Assembly: GCA_965214935.1 (NCBI GenBank)
Contig: CBDCCS010000008.1
Coordinates: forward strand, 1 to 28,472
Source: Candidatus Velthaea sp.
GTDB lineage: Bacteria; Vulcanimicrobiota; Vulcanimicrobiia; Vulcanimicrobiales; Vulcanimicrobiaceae
Reading direction: 5' to 3'
Length of the DNA stretch: 28,472 bases
Part shown: positions 9,459 through 16,685 of the stretch, in pieces
Layout of the letters: each line of letters begins with the position of its first letter
Position numbering within the stretch: the stretch's first letter is position 1
Translations under genes and position numbers: made by a program
The notes under the pieces: generated by a model
Databases searched by the model: none
Told to the model about the DNA's origin: nothing
The model's input: only the letters and a program-made list of their open reading frames with translations

Positions 9459-9762
9459 TCCGCGCACGGCATTGCGGACAACGTTGGCACGCTGGCTGCG
9501 CGTTCGCGCGCAGGTGCGTGCATCGGCCAACCGAATCGCTGCTCACGAGTATGCGTTGCAACACGAGGCAATGCGGAGCGGCGATCCGGACATGCTCTGC
9601 CTGCTCGCGCAACTACGAGCGCAACGGGCGTCGGTCGAAACACTGGGAGCCGAACTTGATGGCCGGCTTGCCGCTCTTCAAACGGCCATCGAGGCTCAGG
9701 CGACGCAGTACGAGTCGATGCTCGTCAGCGGCGCGACAAGCCGCTCGCAGACGCCGGGCTGA
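9451..9762 (+). CDS. Hypothetical coiled-coil protein
   Basis: GTG start overlaps the flotillin 3' end. Heptad-like Leu/Ala/Gln pattern. Followed by a terminator-like hairpin. Confidence 0.6.
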   Translation: MTDPRTALRTTLARWLRVRAQVRASANRIAAHEYALQHEAMRSGDPDMLCLLAQLRAQRASVETLGAELDGRLAALQTAIEAQATQYESMLVSGATSRSQTPG

Positions 9763-9788
9763 GCGCCGCGGCCGCCGCCGGCGCTTTT
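9762..9788 (+). terminator. Putative intrinsic terminator of the flotillin operon
   Basis: AGCGCCG (9762-9768) pairs with CGGCGCT (9779-9785), followed by a short T run. Confidence 0.45.
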
Positions 9789-9902
9789 GCGTTGCTTCGA
9801 GCATCGAACGGCGTCCTTCGCGCAGTGTGCCGTGGTCGTCCCGAGCCGACCGCACCGGGCCGATTCGTGGTTGACTTCACGTGCTTCGTGGGACATGAAC
9901 TC

Positions 9903-10178
9903 ATGGCCGGACGCAAACGCTCTGAAAAAGAGCATCATGATTCAGAAGAAACCAAACGCGAAGAGCGCGTCGAGTCGAGTGGTTCGGCGGGCAGCAAGCC
10001 GCACAATGCATCGTCGCGCCAGGCGACGGCCGAAGCGGGTCACGATGTCGTGAAACATCCGCACGGTGCGCCCGAAGTCGATGAGGTCAGCGCTTCAAAG
10101 TCGTTCGGTATCGATCAATCGGCGCAGCGCGATAAAGGTGTTTCAATTCCAGACTCGCCGTACCAAAAGCGGGGCTGA
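9903..10178 (+). CDS. Small, highly hydrophilic (probably disordered) hypothetical protein
   Basis: ATG 9903 opens 91 codons rich in S/E/K/H/G with almost no hydrophobic core, filling the intergenic gap. Confidence 0.6.
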   Translation: MAGRKRSEKEHHDSEETKREERVESSGSAGSKPHNASSRQATAEAGHDVVKHPHGAPEVDEVSASKSFGIDQSAQRDKGVSIPDSPYQKRG

Positions 10179-10275
10179 TCGACTTTCCGGGGAGGGCATT
10201 ATACGTTGCCCTTCTGACTCGCGTTTTACATGCGCCGATCGAATCTCAATGCGTTACGCTTAACTCTTTTGCCCA

Positions 10276-10301
10276 AGGTCCTACCAACTCGCTGCGCGTA
10301 G
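10276..10301 (+). promoter_or_regulatory. Putative alternative-sigma promoter GGTC-N16-CGTAG, 9 nt before the ATG
   Basis: Identical geometry recurs at 26601-26625. No Shine-Dalgarno sequence before ATG 10311. Confidence 0.45.
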
Positions 10302-10310
10302 CGCGAGTTG

Positions 10311-12302
10311 ATGTTACGCAGTGCATTGTGCCTTGGCGCGTTTTTGCTGCTCGGTGCCTTCGGTGACGCGCGTACGATGCAACCCGACGACGTGTTTGCA
10401 ATCGTTGGTGCCGGGCAGCCGGCGTTCTCCACCGACGGTAAAATGCTCGCGTTCATCGAGCGGCATGTCGATCGGCGTGCGGATCGCAACGGGGCCACGC
10501 TCGAACTGATCGACCTGGCCGATGGCACGAAGCGCGCGCTGACACAGGGCCGCAGCGGCCTCGCGCAACCGCAGTTTTCTTCCGACGGGAAAACGCTCGC
10601 TTTCATCGCCGATGATGCCGGACATCACGGTCAGGTGTTCGTCCTCCCGCTTGACGGCGGCGATGCGCGCGCGATCACGTCGACGCACGAAGGCGTTCAA
10701 CAATTTGCTTGGGCCCCTGACGGCAAGCGCCTAGCGTATGTTACGCAAGACGGCAACCCGCTCAAAAAGGCGATCGCCGGCCATCGCGATTTGTTCGAGT
10801 TAGGTGACGATGATTATCGCACCGGTGCGCCGACGCCGCCCTCGCACCTGTGGCTCGTCGATGCCGGCGGGACGCACCCGTACCGGCTCACATCCGGCGC
10901 TTGGAGCTTGACTGCAGCGTATCCGCCGTCGCCCCCGGCATCTCCGGTCTCATGGTCGCCCGACGGGAAGTCGTTGCTGTTCACGCGCGTGCCGAACACT
11001 CACGACGGCGACGCCTATCAATCGCAGATAATGAAGCTCGATCTTGCGACGCGAGGGCTGACGGCCTTGACGACTCATACAAAATTCGAGGGTTACGCAA
11101 CGTACTCGCCCGACGGAACGCACATTGCGTATCTCTACAGTCGCGACGGCGATCCGAATAACGAGAGTGACATCTTCGTTACGAGCCCCGCGGGCGGTCC
11201 CGGAATCGATGTTAGTCGCACGCTCGATCGCGCGTTCTTCCGGGCGCAATGGTTCGCCGACGGCAAAGCGCTGCTGGTCGGCGCGCATGACGGCACGCGC
11301 ACCGCGTTCTATCGATTGCAGCTGGACGGAACTTCAGAACGTTTAAACCTCGACGACACCAATCCGGCGTGGTCGTTTTGGGTCGATCCGGCAATTGCGT
11401 CCGACGGATCGATTGCATACGCGGGCTCGCAACCGAACCGGCCGACCGAGATTTGGTATCGCTCCGCGTCGGCCGGAACGCCGCGGCGACTCACCGATCT
11501 CAATGCCGCAACGGCGGCGCTGTCGCTGGGCCGCGTCGAGACCATCGAGTGGCAACATGACGGTTTCGCGGAGGACGGCGTGCTGACGTACCCGCCGGGT
11601 TTTACGGCCGGTAAACGCTATCCGCTCGTGCTTGAAGTCCATGGCGGACCGCAAGCAGCCACCGTAACGAATTTCAGTTCGACCTCGCAGCTTTTCGCCG
11701 CGCACGGTTACGTCGTCTTTGAGCCGAATTACCGCGGTAGCGACAATCTTGGTAACGCTTACGAGCGTGCGATCTACATGGATGCGGGCGCGGGTCCGGG
11801 GCGCGACGTCATGGCCGGTGTTGCCGCCGTTGAAAAGCTCGGCTTCGTCGATCCGTCACGGATCGCGGTCGGCGGCTGGAGTTACGGCGGTTTCATGACG
11901 TCGTGGTTGATGAGTCACTATCATATTTGGAAAACCGCGATTTCCGGTGCCGCGGTCAACAATTGGCTCGACATGTACAACCTCGGCGACGCCAACGCGC
12001 AGATTGCGTTCGGCTTCAAAGGCTCGCCGTACGTCGGTAATAACATGCGCGACTATATCGCGCAAAGTCCGATTACCTATGCCGCCCAGACTGCCTGTCC
12101 CGTGTTGATCATCTCCGATACGGGCGACGTGCGCGTTCCGATTTCGCAATCGTTCGAGATGTACCGGACCTTGCGCGACAACCACATTCCCGTCCGCTTC
12201 GTCGGCATTCCCGTCGACGGTCATTATCCAAGCGATCCGGTGCGGCGCAGCGAGATTGATCGCCTGTGGCTAGGCTGGCTCGACGACCACCTAAAAGAGT
12301 AA
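10311..12302 (+). CDS. Secreted S9 family (prolyl oligopeptidase/acylaminoacyl peptidase-like) serine peptidase
   Basis: Signal peptide, beta-propeller WAPDG/WSPDG repeats, VHGGP, PNYRGS, nucleophile motif GWSYGG, DVRVP (Asp) and DGH (His). Confidence 0.95.
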   Translation: MLRSALCLGAFLLLGAFGDARTMQPDDVFAIVGAGQPAFSTDGKMLAFIERHVDRRADRNGATLELIDLADGTKRALTQGRSGLAQPQFSSDGKTLAFIADDAGHHGQVFVLPLDGGDARAITSTHEGVQQFAWAPDGKRLAYVTQDGNPLKKAIAGHRDLFELGDDDYRTGAPTPPSHLWLVDAGGTHPYRLTSGAWSLTAAYPPSPPASPVSWSPDGKSLLFTRVPNTHDGDAYQSQIMKLDLATRGLTALTTHTKFEGYATYSPDGTHIAYLYSRDGDPNNESDIFVTSPAGGPGIDVSRTLDRAFFRAQWFADGKALLVGAHDGTRTAFYRLQLDGTSERLNLDDTNPAWSFWVDPAIASDGSIAYAGSQPNRPTEIWYRSASAGTPRRLTDLNAATAALSLGRVETIEWQHDGFAEDGVLTYPPGFTAGKRYPLVLEVHGGPQAATVTNFSSTSQLFAAHGYVVFEPNYRGSDNLGNAYERAIYMDAGAGPGRDVMAGVAAVEKLGFVDPSRIAVGGWSYGGFMTSWLMSHYHIWKTAISGAAVNNWLDMYNLGDANAQIAFGFKGSPYVGNNMRDYIAQSPITYAAQTACPVLIISDTGDVRVPISQSFEMYRTLRDNHIPVRFVGIPVDGHYPSDPVRRSEIDRLWLGWLDDHLKE

Positions 12303-12342
12303 CCGACCGAATCAGGCAGCGAGCGGAGCAAACGACGGAACT

Positions 12343-12675
12343 TCAAGCGTGCAAATCGGGGAGTCCGTCTCCGTCGTAGCTGTACTGCGTCCGGTAATCG
12401 CCCGATGCGTCCAGCGTGAACGTGGCGCGACGGAAATAACCGGAGCGGTCGGTGGCGACGGCTTCGGCCAGTTCGGGTACAAGTTCGAGGAATTCGGGCG
12501 AAAACGGGACGTGCGCGATTCGGCCGGTTTCGTCGGCGTACGTGTTTTGAAAATTGATCGAGCCCTGCGGATCGAAATCAATGATCATTTCAACGCGCGA
12601 CCAGCGTTCGGGTAAAAGTCCCTCGAGTTCTTCGACGAGGGATTGCAGCACGTCGGCTTCGGTTCGCACAGGCAT
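12343..12675 (-). CDS. Putative immunity protein, YezG/DUF600-like
   Basis: Acidic 110-aa protein starting 20 nt after the toxin stop. LPERWSRV...TFTLDASGDYRTQYSY matches the recalled DUF600 pattern (PxxW...TxxLxxxGxFxxxFxY). Confidence 0.75.
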   Translation of the reverse strand: MPVRTEADVLQSLVEELEGLLPERWSRVEMIIDFDPQGSINFQNTYADETGRIAHVPFSPEFLELVPELAEAVATDRSGYFRRATFTLDASGDYRTQYSYDGDGLPDLHA

Positions 12676-12695
12676 TGACGTTCGTAATCTCCGTG

Positions 12696-14450
12696 TTATC
12701 GCCGTGGATTGAAGAATGCACGTTCTTGTACGGGACCATTATCGATTGAATACTGCACGACATAGCCGTTAGGGCGATTTGTGCCGTTCGAGCGCGTGAA
12801 GACCGCCTTAAAGTTTGCGCTGACGTCGTGCCCCGCATCGGCTTGACGGCGCAAATAGCCCTCGAACTTCTTGTATTCGCCGCCGTTGAGATTTCCGTTG
12901 CCGGGCGATAGATTGAGCTTTCCGCCGCCGAAGCCGAACTGGTCTCCGCCATGGTGGAAACCCACATCCCCCGTTACGTGACTGCTATTTCCAATTTCCG
13001 TGTCGGTTCCAGCAATTCGCTGCGAGCCGCCCCCGATACGCAGGCGTCCGCTCGACGAGACCGGCCGGCGCAAGGCGTCCGTTTCGTACGACTTTCCGTC
13101 GTACCGGTAGATTCGGTTCGGCTCGGGGTTGCCTTTGGCGACGTTCTTGTAATCGTCGAAGCTGTGCAGTTCGACGATCGGCTTCTCCGTGCCGTCGACT
13201 CCACGTGCGACGCGCGTGCCGTCGGCGAGCCGGCGCTCCGCTGGTATTAAGGCCGACGGCGCTACGCCCTGCGCGGCGGATGCTTTGCCGATCTCGCGTG
13301 TATCCGCAGCGCTTGGCCGGCGGCGCAGCGTGCCGCTCGAGCCCGAATTCGGCGTCGCGCGCATTTCGGCGACCTGCGGGCGTTCGACGGGCCGGTTTGG
13401 TATGCGCGCCGGGCCGCCGGCCGTTGCGGTCTGCGGAGCGGCGCCGTTCCAAAAGTCATCCCAGCCGCGTTCGAGGTCGGCCGCACCTTGCTCGATGTGG
13501 CCGGCGACCTTTCCCGCAATTCGTGTCGCGCCGTTCTCAAGCGCGTCGACGCCGCGTCCGGCCGCATGCCAGACGGCGCTGCCGGCGCGCGAAAGCGATT
13601 CCGGAGCGGCTTTGATCGCTCCGGAAACGGCGTCCCACGATCGTCCGGCGAGTGCAACGCTCTCGCGTCCCAGACTCTTGGCGGAATCGACGACGGAGCC
13701 GAGTTTCGCCAAACCGGCCGGTCCGAGCCGCGCGATCCCAGAGAGCCCGCCGAGTTCTTTTACTTTCGCGAGCATGCCGGCGAATTTCGCGGGCGCTGCG
13801 GCCGCTCCGGCGACCGTCAAGAGACCATCGGCAGCTTCCGAACCGCCGATTTCAAGAAATTTGGCAAAATGCTTCGCAGCCGCGTCGAGTTCCGGCTGGG
13901 TCGTTGCGCTCGCAACACCGTGTAGATATTGCTTGAGCTCCCCCAGCGCTTGGGTGATGCGCGCGCGGTGTTCCGGCCCCGCGGCGGCGTACATCGCGAC
14001 ACCCGCAACACCGGCAACGACATCGACGGCTTCGCCGGCCACCGGGATGAATTGCACGCCGATCGCGGCTGCCGCGCCGGCGCCGACTAACGCTACGGTT
14101 TTCGGATCGGACAGCGCTTTGGCGACTTTGCCGGCGCCGTCCTTAGCGGCGATGCCGATGCCCGCACTCACCGTATGCTGCACTTTTTCAAACGTGCTCA
14201 TTCGGCTTACCGGATCGGACGCGGCGTGATTGGGCGCGGAGTACCGCGCTAATTGAACGCTAGGATCGCCGACAGAGATTGAATCTGCAGTCAACGGCGA
14301 CGCGATCCGAAGCTCCCCGCCGCTAAGCGATTCCGGCCGATCGGCGGAATCGGGCGGACGGTTCAAGCTCGTCTGCAATGCGTCGCTGGTGGCTCCGGCA
14401 CGGATCATGCGTAACGAATCTCCCGGTGAGTTCCTTACGCTCCTCATCAA
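12696..14450 (-). CDS. Polymorphic toxin with C-terminal DNA/RNA non-specific endonuclease (Endonuclea_NS_2, YeeF-like); start uncertain (14450/14447/14408)
   Basis: C-terminus YETDALRRP...DVGFHHGGDQFG...NLSPGNGNLNGGEYKKFE...RPNGYVVQYSIDNG...FFN aligns with the recalled YeeF-type His-Me nuclease pattern. Hydrophobic FIPVAGE hairpin in the N-terminal half. Small acidic gene directly downstream. Confidence 0.85.
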   Translation of the reverse strand: MMRSVRNSPGDSLRMIRAGATSDALQTSLNRPPDSADRPESLSGGELRIASPLTADSISVGDPSVQLARYSAPNHAASDPVSRMSTFEKVQHTVSAGIGIAAKDGAGKVAKALSDPKTVALVGAGAAAAIGVQFIPVAGEAVDVVAGVAGVAMYAAAGPEHRARITQALGELKQYLHGVASATTQPELDAAAKHFAKFLEIGGSEAADGLLTVAGAAAAPAKFAGMLAKVKELGGLSGIARLGPAGLAKLGSVVDSAKSLGRESVALAGRSWDAVSGAIKAAPESLSRAGSAVWHAAGRGVDALENGATRIAGKVAGHIEQGAADLERGWDDFWNGAAPQTATAGGPARIPNRPVERPQVAEMRATPNSGSSGTLRRRPSAADTREIGKASAAQGVAPSALIPAERRLADGTRVARGVDGTEKPIVELHSFDDYKNVAKGNPEPNRIYRYDGKSYETDALRRPVSSSGRLRIGGGSQRIAGTDTEIGNSSHVTGDVGFHHGGDQFGFGGGKLNLSPGNGNLNGGEYKKFEGYLRRQADAGHDVSANFKAVFTRSNGTNRPNGYVVQYSIDNGPVQERAFFNPRR

Positions 14451-14978
14451 GTGAAACGGCCGTTTTTTCTAGGGGTCTGCCGAAAGATTTTGAACCGGCT
14501 GCCGCTTCGACGCCTTTGCCACGAACCGAGACGCGTTCGCGAAGCGTGTTTGACGGACGATGCCCCTGACGGGCGAGCTTGCGGACACTTCGGCTGCAAT
14601 CGTGCGTGCCGAACGGCGGTTCTGCAAGCGGAAATCGCCGGGGTACGAAGTGTCGATGGACACCGCGACGTTTTGCCCCTGGCGACAAACGGCGTGCAAT
14701 GCTCATGCCACTCATTTCGGCAACGAGCGAGCAACATTTCGTAAACGCTCGCTGAGAACGTCGTGCAGCGGACCGCTTGGGACGCCGTATGGTAAACGTT
14801 GCGAGTTGTTGCTCCCGTCATCTGCATTCGTTTTAGCACTACACGACGGCGCGTATCAGCATTACGTCGTGCGGCTCCTGCGCAAAACTCGTTGACCTCG
14901 GCGTTTGCAAACCTCGTGGAGCAACAATCCCAATCACGACCATTGCAATTCACTGACGCGAAACTAAAAAGGAGTATC

Positions 14979-15287
14979 GTGCGACATTTTGTTTCAACGA
15001 CGGCATTTCTTTGCTGTTGCTTCATTCCGATTCACGCTCACGCTCATTCAACGATGCGGCAGCCGCTCGCGCAAGCCGGGATCGTGGCAACACCGTTGAC
15101 GCAGTAGATTGCGGTGCCGGCTGGAACGGCCGTTCCGGTCCGTGTTGTGGGCGTTATTTCATCGAGTTCGATGCGACCGGGTGATGATTTTGCAATTCAG
15201 GCGGCGCAAGATGTCGTTCTGAACGGAATGATCGTCATACGAGCCGGCGCCCTGGGTGCCGGTGAAATCGCCGAAGTCCGATCGTGA
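14979..15287 (+). pseudogene. Disrupted secreted protein with TrbI/VirB10-like beta-domain start
   Basis: AAGGAG SD then GTG 14979: MRHFVSTTAFLCCCFIPIHAHA (signal-like)...PLTQ, TAG at 15105-15107, then in-frame IAVPAGTAVPVRVVGVISSSSMRPGDDFAIQAAQDVVLNGMIVIRAGALGAGEIAEVRS, TGA at 15285-15287. Confidence 0.7.
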
Positions 15288-15404
15288 TGCGGTTCGTTCG
15301 CGTTTCGCTGGAGTGGCGTAAGCGCCGGCTGTAACACTGCTTCCGGGCGCACCGGCTCAAAGCGCTCAAGTAATGCGCGGCTTCATGCGCGAACGTGCGG
15401 GAAG

Positions 15405-15767
15405 ATGAGCAATGCCGGAGCGCCCATACTGCAGCGAATCGCGTACGATGACTTTGCGAAAATCGACATTCGGGCGGGCACCATATTGAGCGCAAAGCCG
15501 CTTGCCGGCGCACGTAAGCCGGCATTCGTGCTGACAATTGATTTTGGTGCGGAGATCGGCGTCAAACAATCGAGCGCGCAAATCACCGTTCATTACGAAG
15601 CGCAGGCGTTAGTTGGCCGTCAAGTCTCGGCCGTCGTCAACTTCGCGTCGAAAAACATCGCGGGAACTCGCAGTGAAGTTCTCGTGCTGGGTTTTGCGGA
15701 TGCCGGCGGCGCAGTCGTCTTAGTCGAACCGACGCTGGCCGTCCCGAATGGTGCCCGGCTCTACTAA
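15405..15767 (+). CDS. csaA: tRNA-binding protein / export chaperone CsaA
   Basis: FAKIDIRAGTI, RKPAFVLTIDFGAEIGVKQSSAQIT, AVVNF, SEVLVLG and VPNGARLY motifs. Confidence 0.92.
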   Translation: MSNAGAPILQRIAYDDFAKIDIRAGTILSAKPLAGARKPAFVLTIDFGAEIGVKQSSAQITVHYEAQALVGRQVSAVVNFASKNIAGTRSEVLVLGFADAGGAVVLVEPTLAVPNGARLY

Positions 15768-15773
15768 CAAGCC

Positions 15774-16676
15774 ATGCGCTTGACGATTCAGCTCTGCACT
15801 TATAAGCGTCCGGCTCTATTGGCGCGCGTGCTGGAAGCATGCTTCGAGCAGACGGCAGGCGACGCTGCCTATGAGGTGGTGCTGGTGAACGACGGTTCGC
15901 CGGACGAAACGCCGGCGGTGATCGAGCGGCTGCGACCGCTTGCGCGCTGTGGCTTTACCGTCATCCATCAAGCAAATGCAGGGTTAGCCAAAGCGCGTAA
16001 CGCGGGTTTGCTACAGGCACGCGGCGAGCGAATTGCTTTTATCGACGACGACGTTTTACCGACACCCGTTTTCGTTGCCGAACACTTGCGTTCCGACGAA
16101 CGTCACGGCGATGTGATTGTGCGCGGCGCGGTGATCAACACTGCAAGCTTCGATCGGCTTCCACCACCGGTTTGGTCGCTCGCAAATTACAGCGCTAATT
16201 TTTTTTGGACGACGAATGTTTCGCTGCGGCGCACGCGCCTCGAGCGGGCCGGCGGCGGTTTTGACGAAGCGTTCAGCGAGTACGGGTGGGAAGATATCGA
16301 GCTGGGGATGCGGTTGCGCGCGTTAGGGACGCGCGCAGTGTTCAATCGCTACGCCGTTGTTTTCCATGTAAAACCGCCGCCGGCCGTGCCGGATGTGGCG
16401 GGCAAAGTTCGGCAAGTGCGCGCGCAGGCGCGAACCGCGGTGCAATTGCGGCGCAAGCATCGTCATTGGCGCGTGGCTCTTGCAATCGGCGACACGGCGC
16501 CGCAACGCTGGCTCGGTGCGGCGGTCGTGCGCAGCGGTATCGGCCGTCGTGTGGAGCCGCTCGTTACGTCGGTCCGGGCCGGCCGGCCGCTCGGAGTCGC
16601 GCAACGCGCCGGCATCGCGCTAATGACCACGGCTGCGTATTACGACGAGCTGCTGCACGCGCGCCGCTTCGGCTAG
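15774..16676 (+). CDS. Glycosyltransferase family 2
   Basis: IQLCTYKR, VNDGSPD, GLAKARNAG, FIDDD and YGWEDIELGMRL motifs. Confidence 0.92.
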   Translation: MRLTIQLCTYKRPALLARVLEACFEQTAGDAAYEVVLVNDGSPDETPAVIERLRPLARCGFTVIHQANAGLAKARNAGLLQARGERIAFIDDDVLPTPVFVAEHLRSDERHGDVIVRGAVINTASFDRLPPPVWSLANYSANFFWTTNVSLRRTRLERAGGGFDEAFSEYGWEDIELGMRLRALGTRAVFNRYAVVFHVKPPPAVPDVAGKVRQVRAQARTAVQLRRKHRHWRVALAIGDTAPQRWLGAAVVRSGIGRRVEPLVTSVRAGRPLGVAQRAGIALMTTAAYYDELLHARRFG

Positions 16677-16685
16677 GCGGCCGCA

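Noticed and set aside
13189..14229. 346-aa + strand ORF antisense to the toxin
   Set aside because: Low-complexity shadow of a GC-rich Ala/Gly-coding gene with no recognisable motifs.
14451..14978. Known riboswitch (e.g. c-di-GMP-I), tRNA or CRISPR array
   Set aside because: No matching consensus, cloverleaf or regularly spaced repeats seen by eye here or elsewhere in the window.
14323..15025. ORFs 14447-15025(-), 14323-14715(-) and 14560-14895(+) as genes or as a frameshifted toxin N-terminus
   Set aside because: Arg/Cys-rich, mutually overlapping, no RBS or motifs. The region is better explained as non-coding plus the + strand pseudogene.
7714..15404. Integrative mobile element or prophage
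   Set aside because: No integrase, transposase or phage genes, and I found no flanking direct repeats.
590..16676. Genome-wide TAG recoding, suggested by in-frame TAGs at 590, 15105 and 16674
   Set aside because: accB, gmhB and the GT9 ending at 7713 terminate at TAG where their families normally end, and the pseudogene also has a premature TGA.
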